Shown here: positions 17,657-27,076 of the stretch, piece after piece | Position numbering within the stretch: position 1 is the stretch's first letter | Layout: each line of letters opens with the position of its first letter | Source of the DNA: Candidatus Gastranaerophilales bacterium | Lineage (GTDB): Bacteria > Cyanobacteriota > Vampirovibrionia > Gastranaerophilales > Gastranaerophilaceae | Assembly: GCA_944322745.1 (NCBI GenBank) | Contig: CALUPV010000006.1 | Location: forward strand, 3,906 to 67,905 | Length of the DNA: 64,000 nt | Reading direction: 5' to 3' | The notes under the pieces: generated by a model | Seen by the model: the letters and a program-made list of their open reading frames with translations, nothing else | Told to the model about the DNA's origin: nothing | Database searches by the model: none | Position numbers and translations under genes: made by a program

Positions 17657-19567
17657 GTGAATATATTTTCCGGTTTTAAAGAATTACTGGGACAAATTAA
17701 TAAACTTGATGGGTCTATATACTTAAAAGGCAAGGACTTTGCAGATGTATATGCCAAAAATATTGCATTGGAAGAAGAAATTGCAGCTCGTACTAAAGAA
17801 TTAGAGCAAGCAAATCAAACAATTCTTACATTAAATAGCGTCTGGGATATGATGAATTCTTCTCAGCCACTTTCAAGTATGCTGGACAAAATCGTAAGTA
17901 TTTTGCATGAAGATATGAACTATCATTATGCCGGAATCTTAAAAATAGAATTTGACGATAATAATATTCCATTTTTTTCAGTGAAATCTTCTTCGAAAAA
18001 CAAAAGTATAGACAGGCTCTTTGAGATTATGAATGAATCTGTCGAAACATACAAATTACCATATGTAGATAACTCAATAGTTGTCAAATCAATTCTTGAG
18101 AGAAAAATATTTTCAACTCCTGATTTAAAAGGAATACTAAAAATGTTCTTTCCTTTATTTTCAGAAGAACAAATTAGTTATGTTATGTCTGAAATGAATT
18201 CTAAAACATGCACTATAGTTCCTCTTTTTAACGGAAAAGAAGATTTTGGTTGCGTAATTGTATCATCTGATAGAGACGGAATTACAGATACAGAAACAAA
18301 CTTTTTAGCTTTATTTGCAAACCAAATTGAACTTGCTATTACAGTCGCTGGGTTATTTGAAGAAGTAAAGAAGCAAGCAATTACAGATCCATTAACAGGT
18401 ATATTCAACCGAAGATATTTTGAAGAAAATATACTGAAAGAAGCAGAGCGTTCATTAAGATTAAAACAACCATTTTCGCTTATATCTATGGATTTAGACT
18501 ATTTAAAGAAAATTAATGATACATATGGACACCAATTTGGGGATTTAGCAATTAAAACAATTGCCAATGTATTGAAAAGAGAAGCACGTTCAATTGATAT
18601 TCCGGCAAGAATTGGCGGTGAAGAATTTAATTTACTTTTGCCCGGTGTTGATTCAAGAGGTGCAGCTATTGCCGCAGAAAGAATAAGAAAATCAATAGAA
18701 AATCAAGTGCTTGATACAATTGGAGGTATAACAGCAAGTGTTGGTGTCGCTACATTTTTAGAACACTCAGACAGAATTGATGAACTGATGGAACTTGCTG
18801 ATCAAGCTATGTATAAAGCAAAAATAAATGGAAGAAATCAAGTTCAAATAGCTCAAAAGCAGAATGAAATAAATTGGCAACAAGTTGCTGTTGAAACTTT
18901 TATTGATATACTTGGCAAGAATCGTATACCTATTGATAAAGAAACATCAAAGATATTGAATCAAAAATTGCAAAAAATAAAAACAGAAGATAAAAATTCT
19001 AAGGATATTCTATATTCTATTGTAGACATTATTTCTCAAACTTATAATCAAATGTACAAAGCTGGTACTACAAAATCCAAAATAATATTAGCAGTTATGG
19101 TTGCTAAAAAGTTGGATTTACCAAAAGATGAAATTGATAAACTAAAATTGGCAATACTACTTTATGATATCGGCAATATTATGATTCCGGAGGAAATATT
19201 CAATAAGAAAGAACCATTAACAGAAGAAGAAAAAAATATAATTAAGCAACATCCTGTAATAGCAGCAAGAGAAATATTAAAACCGATTTCCAATATTCAA
19301 GATATTATTCCCATTATAGAAAATCACCACGAAAATTGGAACGGAGAAGGATATCCCGGAAAAAAAGCAGGAATAGAAATTCCCGTCACTTCGCAAATAG
19401 TACTTCTTGTTGATGCATTCTATGCAATGACTCAGGACAGACCATATAGACAAGCTTATGATATAGATGAAATCGTAGAAATTATAAAAAGTGAATCAGG
19501 CAAACAGTGGAATGAAAAGCTTGTTGAAGATTTTATTTATGTGGTAAAAAATGAGTCAATACAATAA
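17657..19567 (+). CDS. Dual-domain c-di-GMP enzyme: sensory N-terminus + GGDEF (GGEEF, RxxD I-site) + HD-GYP
   Basis: DPLTGIFNRRYF...RSIDIPARIGGEEFNLLL (RSID is the I-site) and LLYDIGNIMIP...HHENWNGEGYPGKK...LLVDAFYAMTQDRPYR. GTG start. Confidence 0.85.
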   Translation: MNIFSGFKELLGQINKLDGSIYLKGKDFADVYAKNIALEEEIAARTKELEQANQTILTLNSVWDMMNSSQPLSSMLDKIVSILHEDMNYHYAGILKIEFDDNNIPFFSVKSSSKNKSIDRLFEIMNESVETYKLPYVDNSIVVKSILERKIFSTPDLKGILKMFFPLFSEEQISYVMSEMNSKTCTIVPLFNGKEDFGCVIVSSDRDGITDTETNFLALFANQIELAITVAGLFEEVKKQAITDPLTGIFNRRYFEENILKEAERSLRLKQPFSLISMDLDYLKKINDTYGHQFGDLAIKTIANVLKREARSIDIPARIGGEEFNLLLPGVDSRGAAIAAERIRKSIENQVLDTIGGITASVGVATFLEHSDRIDELMELADQAMYKAKINGRNQVQIAQKQNEINWQQVAVETFIDILGKNRIPIDKETSKILNQKLQKIKTEDKNSKDILYSIVDIISQTYNQMYKAGTTKSKIILAVMVAKKLDLPKDEIDKLKLAILLYDIGNIMIPEEIFNKKEPLTEEEKNIIKQHPVIAAREILKPISNIQDIIPIIENHHENWNGEGYPGKKAGIEIPVTSQIVLLVDAFYAMTQDRPYRQAYDIDEIVEIIKSESGKQWNEKLVEDFIYVVKNESIQ

Positions 19568-19901
19568 TCTTGAAGATATAATAACTTTCTTATATAAAAA
19601 TATTTCTTCTTTTAAAGGGGATTCCCTTTTAAGAGATACAACAAGAGTAAGCAAAATTAAATATGATGCATATGTTGATAGTACAATATCTTCCCCATTA
19701 TCTTTTACTGTATTTGAACTGTCTGATAAAGGAGAATTGTTAATTGATAATGCTTCAAGAATAGTAGAAAGTGAAGCATCATTTTTTCTGTTTGTTAATC
19801 CCCTGCACGGATGGACTTTTGCCGTAAAAAATACTCTTGAAAACCAGAAAAAATTAATCAAACAAGAACAAATTCAAAATTATAAAATTAAGTTTTTATA
19901 A
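19551..19901 (+). CDS. PilZ-like small protein (116 aa)
   Basis: LRDTTR (RxxxR), then 23 aa later ELSDKG (variant of D/NxSxxG). Size and beta-rich pattern fit PilZ. The start overlaps the upstream GGDEF/HD-GYP gene by 17 nt. This is inference. Confidence 0.45.
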   Translation: MSQYNNLEDIITFLYKNISSFKGDSLLRDTTRVSKIKYDAYVDSTISSPLSFTVFELSDKGELLIDNASRIVESEASFFLFVNPLHGWTFAVKNTLENQKKLIKQEQIQNYKIKFL

Positions 19902-20219
19902 TTATTCATCAAGCGTAAATACTTTTTGACCTGCTTCTTCTTTCATTGCTGTTTCAAGAAGAACATATGTCATATAAGCACCTAACGCAACAGCTTTAGG
20001 ATCCAAATCTGTATTTTGAGCCGCTTCAATTATTGCTGAATTGATTTCAGGATTTTCATCTTTTATATAGTGAATCATTTTCTTTCTCCAAGAATGAACA
20101 TCTTGGAAAATTTCTGCAAAACATAATGTTGATTGTTCTTGAGTTACTATCGGAAGCATTTTATGCCTTCTATTTCTATAATACAAAGTGATTATATCTG
20201 AAAAATACAAATCTTTCAT
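19902..20219 (-). CDS. Hypothetical protein (85-105 aa)
   Basis: Track ORF. An internal Met (MLPIVTQEQ) is also a possible start. No family recognised. Confidence 0.45.
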   Translation of the reverse strand: MKDLYFSDIITLYYRNRRHKMLPIVTQEQSTLCFAEIFQDVHSWRKKMIHYIKDENPEINSAIIEAAQNTDLDPKAVALGAYMTYVLLETAMKEEAGQKVFTLDE

Positions 20220-20273
20220 CGTATAATAAGTGGACTTAGAATATTTTTTACTTAACTTAAAATGTGTATTTTC

Positions 20274-20302
20274 TTGACTCTGTAATATGTAGAGGATAAA
20301 AT
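20274..20302 (+). promoter_or_regulatory. Sigma-70-type promoter for accBC: TTGACT - 17 nt - TAAAAT
   Basis: Read directly: TTGACT at 20274-20279 and TAAAAT at 20297-20302, about 30 nt upstream of the accB ATG. Confidence 0.45.
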
Positions 20303-20333
20303 AAATAAAGTCTTTAATATTAAAAGGGATAGT

Positions 20334-20786
20334 ATGAAAGAATTTGAAACAGATTATATTGAAAAGTTAATTGACATAATGAAAAATAATGAACTTACTG
20401 AAATTACATTAGAAGATACAGATAAGTCATTAATTATAAAAGGCAACGGGTTTAAGCCAATAATAAAAGAAAAAATTGTTGAAGAGGAGATTCAAGCCTC
20501 AATACAGGAAGAAAAAACAACAGAGCAACAAGAAATAAAGAAAAAGCTTGTACCAATCATTTCTAATATGATAGGACTGTATTTTTCAAAACCATCACCA
20601 AACGAAAAACCATTTGTTAATGTTGGCGATGAAATAAAAGAAGGTCAAACCGTTTGTATAATAGAAACAATTAAATTAATGAATAAAATTACTTCCGAAA
20701 TATCAGGTAAAGTTGCTGAAATTTGTATAGAAGACGGTAAACCTGTAGAATATGGTCAAGTAATTATGTATGTAGAGCAAGAGTAG
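20334..20786 (+). CDS. accB: Acetyl-CoA carboxylase biotin carboxyl carrier protein
   Basis: C-terminal biotinyl domain VGDEIKEGQTVCIIETIKLMNKITSEISGKV (variant of EAMKMMN). Directly upstream of accC. Confidence 0.85.
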   Translation: MKEFETDYIEKLIDIMKNNELTEITLEDTDKSLIIKGNGFKPIIKEKIVEEEIQASIQEEKTTEQQEIKKKLVPIISNMIGLYFSKPSPNEKPFVNVGDEIKEGQTVCIIETIKLMNKITSEISGKVAEICIEDGKPVEYGQVIMYVEQE

Positions 20787-20799
20787 TGGTATAAGGGAT

Positions 20800-22149
20800 A
20801 TGTTTAAGAAAGTATTAATAGCAAATAGAGGCGAAGTTGCAGTTAGAATCATAAGAGCTTGCAGAGAAATTGGGATTCCTACTGTAGCTGTATATTCTCA
20901 AGCTGATGCAAATTCACTTCACGTTAGTTTAGCTACGGAAGCTTATTGTATAGGACCAAATGAAAGCTCAAAGAGTTATTTGAATATACCGGCGATAATA
21001 TCTGCAGCATTAATTTCAGGTGCTGACGCTATTCATCCGGGGTATGGATTTATGTCAGAAAGAGCCGATTTTGCTGAAATATGTGCTGAACATAACATAA
21101 AATTCATTGGTCCTTCTCCTGAATCTATGCAATTAATGGGAGATAAAGCAACTGCAAGAAAAACAATGATGTCAAAAAATGTTCCTATTACTCCAGGTAT
21201 AGGAATTATAACAGATATTGAAGAAGCAAAAGCTGCTGCAAAAAAGTTCGGATATCCTGTAATAGTTAAAGCAACTGCAGGTGGTGGCGGAAAAGGTATG
21301 CGTGTTGCAAATAACGATGCTGAACTTGAGCAAAATATTACACTTTGCCGTCAGGAAGCTGAGAAATTTTTTGGTAATCCTGATGTATATATGGAAAAAT
21401 ATTTGGTTAATCCAAGACACATAGAAGTACAGGTTATTGCAGACAAATTCGGAAATGTTGTTCATTTAGGAGAAAGAGATTGTTCAATCCAAAGAAGACA
21501 TCAAAAATTAGTTGAAGAAGCTCCATCTCCGGCTGTTAGTGATGAAATAAGAAAGAAACTTGGAGAAGCCGCTGTTAGGGCTGCAAAAGCAGCAAATTAT
21601 GAAGGTGTCGGTACGATTGAATTTTTACTTGATAAAGATAAGAATTTCTATTTTATGGAAATGAATACACGTCTTCAGGTTGAACATGGTATTACCGAAA
21701 TGATATCAAATGTTGATATTGTTAGGGAGCAAATAAATATTGCGGCAGGTAATCCATTATCATTTAAGCAGGAAGACATAAAATTATACGGTCACGCAAT
21801 CGAATGCCGTATAAATGCAGAAGACCCTGAAAGAAACTTCTTACCTGCACCGGGTGAAATAAACGGATATATTACACCGGGAGGATTTGGAGTTAGAGTT
21901 GACTCGCATGTATATTCAGGTTACAGAATTCCGCCTTATTATGATTCTTTAATTAGTAAATTAATGTGTTGGGCGCCAACCAGAGAAGAAGCAAGAAGAA
22001 GAATGTACAGGGCTCTAAAGGAATATGTCATAACCGGAGTAAAAACAACTCTTCCATTTTATCAAGAACTTATAGAAGATGAAGTGTTTATAAGTGGTAT
22101 TTTTGATACAGGCTTTATGAATACATATAAACAAAATAATAAAGAATAA
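20800..22149 (+). CDS. accC: Acetyl-CoA carboxylase biotin carboxylase subunit
   Basis: KVLIANRGEVAVRIIRACRE...GGGGKGMRV...EMNTRLQVEH are canonical biotin carboxylase motifs. Confidence 0.95.
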   Translation: MFKKVLIANRGEVAVRIIRACREIGIPTVAVYSQADANSLHVSLATEAYCIGPNESSKSYLNIPAIISAALISGADAIHPGYGFMSERADFAEICAEHNIKFIGPSPESMQLMGDKATARKTMMSKNVPITPGIGIITDIEEAKAAAKKFGYPVIVKATAGGGGKGMRVANNDAELEQNITLCRQEAEKFFGNPDVYMEKYLVNPRHIEVQVIADKFGNVVHLGERDCSIQRRHQKLVEEAPSPAVSDEIRKKLGEAAVRAAKAANYEGVGTIEFLLDKDKNFYFMEMNTRLQVEHGITEMISNVDIVREQINIAAGNPLSFKQEDIKLYGHAIECRINAEDPERNFLPAPGEINGYITPGGFGVRVDSHVYSGYRIPPYYDSLISKLMCWAPTREEARRRMYRALKEYVITGVKTTLPFYQELIEDEVFISGIFDTGFMNTYKQNNKE

Positions 22150-22174
22150 TTAATAAAACTTTATTTGATTGAAA

Positions 22175-22749
22175 TTAGACCCGAATATCTATTAATGGTG
22201 CTTGGGTCTTTTTTTGAGTTTGTCTTATAAATCTGTGCAGATGTTTAGAATTCATTTTTAGATTTCCATCATAACGAGTTTTAAATCCACACTTATCAAT
22301 ATAAAATGGTTTGGCATTTTCAGTTGGGGAAGTTATGATGAGCTTATCACCTTGCTGCTGTATTATGTCTAAGCCAAGTGCCGCCAGCATAACTTGACCT
22401 ACATATTTATATTTATTATCTCTTATACTTTCAATAAATTGGACAGAAAGATTTTTACCTTCTTTTTTAACCTGACTCAGTCCAATAATTAAACCGTTGT
22501 CATCTTGCAAAATATAGAACGAAGGTAATTCCTCTGCAAATAATACATCTTGGGTATCATGTTTTATTTGCATATTTCTTAAAATTGTACTTTTAAAATT
22601 CCATTTGCCTGTTAGATTTGCTATTTCCCTTATATCTTCTTTATCTTTACAATCAACTTCACAGAATGTAGCAGGAACAAATTTGTTTTTTTCTATATTT
22701 TTTATTTGACATTGCGTTAGTGGAATTTTTTTCCAAAAGATATATTCAT
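22175..22749 (-). pseudogene. GNAT-like paralogue 1, out of frame after codon 8 (A7 tract; A8 would restore a 192-aa ORF)
   Basis: ATG at 22749 gives MNISFGKKFH*. Adding one A in the run at 22726-22732 yields MNISFGKKIPLTQCQIKNIEKTNFVPATFCEVDCKDKEDIREIANLTGKWNFKSTILRN fused in frame to track ORF 22175..22573. Confidence 0.7.
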
Positions 22750-22752
22750 TAT

Positions 22753-23319
22753 TTATCCTTGTAAATTAATGATTGGTGAATTTGTTTTTTGTTCTGTTTG
22801 TTTTATGAACTTTTTTATTTGTTCCTGATTCATTTCTAAACTTTTTGTTGATGTTGCCTTAAAACCACATCCATTTATATAAAAATCTCTTGCTTCAGGA
22901 ACAGGAAAGCTAACTGTCAACTTATCTGCCTGCGATTTGAGCGTTTCTTTTGCTGCCGCTGCTAATAATACAGAACCAACATATTTATGTTTATCCAGAA
23001 ATCTTTTTTCCAGTAGATTTACATCACATTGATTACCGTTTTTACTACATTGCATAAGCCCTAAAGTTTTTCCTTTTTTATTTTCAAGTGAAAATATTCT
23101 TTTATCTCTGTTTTTTCCGGGAAATTGAACTTTATCTTTAGCGGTAAAGAAAATTTCATTTTTATAAAACCAATATCCATCTATTGCATTTATATCATCG
23201 GCATCTGCTTTATCTTTGCAATCATATTCAAAAATTGTAGCTGGAATATATTCCATTGTTTTTGTGTTCACTACTTTACATTGCATTATAGGTATTTTTT
23301 TTCCAAAAGATATATTCAT
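22753..23319 (-). CDS. GNAT-like paralogue 2 (188 aa)
   Basis: HKYVGSVLLAAAAKETL...ARDFYINGCGF resembles GNAT motif A plus the terminal beta-alpha. It shares its N-terminus (MNISFGKKIP..C..) and C-tail (..QTEQKTNSPIINLQG) with its neighbours. Confidence 0.65.
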   Translation of the reverse strand: MNISFGKKIPIMQCKVVNTKTMEYIPATIFEYDCKDKADADDINAIDGYWFYKNEIFFTAKDKVQFPGKNRDKRIFSLENKKGKTLGLMQCSKNGNQCDVNLLEKRFLDKHKYVGSVLLAAAAKETLKSQADKLTVSFPVPEARDFYINGCGFKATSTKSLEMNQEQIKKFIKQTEQKTNSPIINLQG

Positions 23320-23322
23320 TAT

Positions 23323-23907
23323 TTATCCCTGTAAATTAATAATTGGTGAATGTGTTTTTTGTTCTGTTTTCCTTATTAATGATTTAATCTGCTCAGAATT
23401 CATTTTTAAGAAGAATTCTCCAAATAAATTAAATCCACAAGCATTTATATAGAATGGCATTGCCTCATCTACAGGAGTTGCCACTGTTAATTGATAACAA
23501 TTTCTATCAAGAGATTCTTTACCAATTGCAGCAATCATTGCTTGTCCAATATATTTATATTCACTATCCGGCTTTGATTCAATATACTCAATATTACATA
23601 TACCATTTTTAGTTTCTGTCTGTGCTATTCCGATAAGTTGTCCATCTTTATCTTGCACTTCATATATAGATTTATTACTCATTTGGTTAAAATACCTTTG
23701 TGCAGAATTTTTATGTGCTATGCCTTGAGCTATATAATTGTTAAATGTCCACTTCCTTCCAAGATTTTTTACCTCGGTATAATCCTCTTCATCGTTACAA
23801 TCAACCTCTGAAAAAATTGCAGGTACAAATTCTTTTGTATCTTTTCTTTGTATTTGAAACTGCATTTTAGGAATTCTTTGACCAAATGATATTACAAAAT
23901 TACTCAT
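23323..23907 (-). CDS. GNAT-like paralogue 3 (194 aa)
   Basis: YKYIGQAMIAAIGKESL...AMPFYINACGF. C-tail KTEQKTHSPIINLQG. First gene of the three-gene array. Confidence 0.65.
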   Translation of the reverse strand: MSNFVISFGQRIPKMQFQIQRKDTKEFVPAIFSEVDCNDEEDYTEVKNLGRKWTFNNYIAQGIAHKNSAQRYFNQMSNKSIYEVQDKDGQLIGIAQTETKNGICNIEYIESKPDSEYKYIGQAMIAAIGKESLDRNCYQLTVATPVDEAMPFYINACGFNLFGEFFLKMNSEQIKSLIRKTEQKTHSPIINLQG

Positions 23908-24019
23908 TTATTTAAAACTTTCACTTATTTATATTCTTGTTAAAACTTATAAAAAGAGAATTTGCTAAATTGTAATTTTTTTTTTAGTTGCTATTATAGT
24001 TTTGTTCGGAGGAAAAATT

Positions 24020-25132
24020 ATGAGTGAAAATATAGTAAAACCTAAGAGAGAAATGCTAAACTATATCAATGTATTTAGAGGTTTGGCAATTCTATTAATT
24101 TTAGCCGGTCATACAATGCAGATAGGTTCAAACGGGAGTCTATTAAAAAGTATTACTTTTGAAGTATGGGCAGGTGGAACTGCTCTTTTCATCTTTATTT
24201 CGGGATTTTTATTTCAGCATTTATCTGCAAAATTCGAATTTAAAAATTATCTTCAGAAAAAATGGAAAAATGTAATCATTCCATATATTTTAACTGCAGT
24301 CCCAGGGATTATTTTATGTTTTTGTATGCCATTAGAATATGGTAATCCTTTTGATGGTTTAAACCCTATAGCACAAATAGGTGTATTTATTACAACAGGA
24401 AGGGTTCATAATGTCCCAACTTGGTTTATTCCTATGATTGTTTTATTCTTTTTAATAAGTTATATTCTTTTATATTTAGAAAAGAAAAACTTGTTATATA
24501 AATTTTTACCTTTATTATTTTTAATAACAATTTTTATTCCTCGTCTTGACATAGAGCCTTCATATGTTGTTAATATGGATTATTTTCATAAATATATTTC
24601 CTATTTAAAATATGTCTTAAGTGGTTTTATACATTTTACATCTATGTATGTATTTGGGATGTATCTTTCAAAATATAAAGATAAAATTGACGTCTTTTAT
24701 GACAAAAGATACTTTTTTATTTTTCTTATGATAATAACTTCTGTTGCTGATATTTATTTTAACTATAAAGGAATGTTTTTTAACGGAACTGTTTCAAAAA
24801 TTTTCCTAACTGTTATTGTCTTAGGATATTTGAAACATTATGATGAATTAATAAAATCACACGAAAAAATAAATCACTGGCTTGATGTTACTGCAAAATA
24901 TAGTTTTGGATTATTTTTTATTCATTGGTATTTTGTATTTGCTTTTAATCAAATTTTTTCTCAACAGCCTGTAATACCAGTAAATAACATAACAGAATTT
25001 TATATTGCAACAGGTATTGTTTGTTTAAGGTATTTATTTGTTCTATTTGCAAGTTTTATAGTTTTATTTGCAATTAAAACTTTATTGAAAAAGATAAATG
25101 TTGAAAATACACGAACATTCATTGGTGTTTAA
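24020..25132 (+). CDS. Acyltransferase-3 family membrane protein (OafA/YrhL-like O-acyltransferase)
   Basis: Start at ATG 24020 after GGAGG. NVFRGLAILLILAGH plus about 10 TM segments is typical of acyltransferase_3. Confidence 0.75.
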   Translation: MSENIVKPKREMLNYINVFRGLAILLILAGHTMQIGSNGSLLKSITFEVWAGGTALFIFISGFLFQHLSAKFEFKNYLQKKWKNVIIPYILTAVPGIILCFCMPLEYGNPFDGLNPIAQIGVFITTGRVHNVPTWFIPMIVLFFLISYILLYLEKKNLLYKFLPLLFLITIFIPRLDIEPSYVVNMDYFHKYISYLKYVLSGFIHFTSMYVFGMYLSKYKDKIDVFYDKRYFFIFLMIITSVADIYFNYKGMFFNGTVSKIFLTVIVLGYLKHYDELIKSHEKINHWLDVTAKYSFGLFFIHWYFVFAFNQIFSQQPVIPVNNITEFYIATGIVCLRYLFVLFASFIVLFAIKTLLKKINVENTRTFIGV

Positions 25133-25140
25133 ATTTATAT

Positions 25141-25172
25141 AAAAAAGAACCACTTTTCAGTGGTTTTTTTTT
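25141..25172. terminator. Bidirectional intrinsic terminator
   Basis: A6-GAACCACT-TTTC-AGTGGTT-T9 between the convergent acyltransferase and galE genes. Confidence 0.8.
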
Positions 25173-26154
25173 AATGTTTATTTTTCTCCCATAAATAAGC
25201 TGTTTTGATACTGTCTTCAAGATTATGTTTTGGAATCCATTTTAGGATTTCTTTTGCCCTGGATGAGTTTGCCAAAAGTATAGCAGCATCTCCTAATCTT
25301 CTTTGTTTTATTTCTACATTAATTTTTTTCTCGGTTATTTCTTCAACCGTTTCAAAGACTTCTTTTACACTGCTTCCATTTTCTGTACCAAGATTAAAAA
25401 TATCAGATTTATTATTATCTTTAAGATACAAATATGCTAAATAATGTGCTTCTGCTAAATCTTCAACATTAACATAATCTCTTATGCAAGTTCCATCGAA
25501 TGTATCATAGTCAGTACCAAAAATTTTAAATATTTTATCTTTTTCAAATATTGATTTTAATATATTTGGTATAAGATGTGTTTCAGGTTCATGCCATTCG
25601 CCTATTCTTGTTTGGGAATCTGCACCTGCCACATTAAAATATCTTAAGCAAATTGATTTTAAGTTATATTTTGCATCATATTCCTTTAGAATTTCTTCCA
25701 CTTGAGATTTGTTTTCTCCATAAGGGTTTAAAGGTTTTTTAGGGTGTTTCTCGTCTATAGGGGTATAAACAGGTTCTCCATATACTGCAGCTGATGATGA
25801 AAAGACAATTTTTTGAACATTATGTTGTACCATTGTATTAAAAAGATTAATTGAGGCTAATACATTATTTTTATAGTATTTCTCAGGATTTCTTACGCTT
25901 TCTTCAACTTGAATAAACCCAGCAAAATGAATAACAGTATCAATTTTATAATTTGAGAAAATTGCTTCAATATCATCTAAATTTCTTAAATCACCTTTTA
26001 TAAAATGGATATTCCCTATTTGTTTTAATGTGTTAATTGTTTCGATATGACCATTTTCAAGATTATCAATAATAACTATTTCATAATCTTTATTTAGAAA
26101 ATTAAGAGCAGTATGACTTCCAATGTAACCGGCTCCTCCTGTGATTAAAATCAT
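25171..26154 (-). CDS. galE: UDP-glucose 4-epimerase
   Basis: ILITGGAGYIGSH, YGENK (YxxxK), and length/pattern typical of GalE. Confidence 0.9.
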   Translation of the reverse strand: MILITGGAGYIGSHTALNFLNKDYEIVIIDNLENGHIETINTLKQIGNIHFIKGDLRNLDDIEAIFSNYKIDTVIHFAGFIQVEESVRNPEKYYKNNVLASINLFNTMVQHNVQKIVFSSSAAVYGEPVYTPIDEKHPKKPLNPYGENKSQVEEILKEYDAKYNLKSICLRYFNVAGADSQTRIGEWHEPETHLIPNILKSIFEKDKIFKIFGTDYDTFDGTCIRDYVNVEDLAEAHYLAYLYLKDNNKSDIFNLGTENGSSVKEVFETVEEITEKKINVEIKQRRLGDAAILLANSSRAKEILKWIPKHNLEDSIKTAYLWEKNKH

Positions 26155-26158
26155 ACAT

Positions 26159-27010
26159 TTATCCTTCTGCTTTATTAACTACAACTTGAGGGAATGGAAT
26201 TTCTATTCCTTCCTTTTCAAATCTTTCTTTTACCATTTGATTAAATTTACGTTTAACCATCCATTGTTCTTGCGGAGTTGTTTTTATTCTACATTGAATT
26301 ACTATAGCGGAATCTTGGAATTCATTTAAACCTAATACTTCAATATCGGAAAGAACAAATCTGGAATAAGCCGGGTTTTGTCTTAGTTCCTGTCCCAATT
26401 CTCTTAAAACTTTCATTGCATGTGTAACATCTGTTTTATAAGCGACACTAATATTAAATATAGGAAATGAAAAGTTTTTTGTCTGGTTAATTATAGTATC
26501 AATTTGTCCATTTCTAAGATAGTGAACATCCCCATTAAATGCTCTTATAACAATCATTGTAAGTGTGACTTTTTCAACAGTTCCTGTTGAATTATTAACA
26601 GTAACATAATCTCCTACACGTAATTGACCGGTTAAAATTATTGAAAGACCGGTAAATAAATCTTCAACAAATTTCTTTCCTCCAAAACCTACAGCAACAC
26701 CAAGTATACCTGCTGTTGCCAATATTGGTTTCATATCAATGCCAAAATTGCCCAAAATATTAGTTGCAAAAAATAATATTATAATTGCATCTATTATATA
26801 TGTACCTAATTGTTTTAATGTTTGATAATGTTTTTTTGTCTCTGAGTCTGAAATTTTAGATATTAATTTGTCAAAAAATAAATGAAGTGCTTTATTCCCT
26901 ATTCTTAATATGATTATGAAAATAATTATTTCCACTAATGTTTTTCCAATTAAGAATAAATCTATTTTCTCTGCATTTTTTAAAACAATTTGTTTTATTA
27001 TTTCGTCCAC
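26159..27010 (-). CDS. Small-conductance mechanosensitive channel (MscS family)
   Basis: TM3-like GILGVAVGFGGKKFVEDLFTGL followed by the beta domain GDYVTVNNSTGTVEKVTLTMIVIRAFNGDVHYLRNG. Confidence 0.85.
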   Translation of the reverse strand: MDEIIKQIVLKNAEKIDLFLIGKTLVEIIIFIIILRIGNKALHLFFDKLISKISDSETKKHYQTLKQLGTYIIDAIIILFFATNILGNFGIDMKPILATAGILGVAVGFGGKKFVEDLFTGLSIILTGQLRVGDYVTVNNSTGTVEKVTLTMIVIRAFNGDVHYLRNGQIDTIINQTKNFSFPIFNISVAYKTDVTHAMKVLRELGQELRQNPAYSRFVLSDIEVLGLNEFQDSAIVIQCRIKTTPQEQWMVKRKFNQMVKERFEKEGIEIPFPQVVVNKAEG

Positions 27011-27076
27011 AATCTTACTCCCTTAATAACATATTAATTTACTTATTAACAAAAGTTAATGTCAATATCAATTAAC

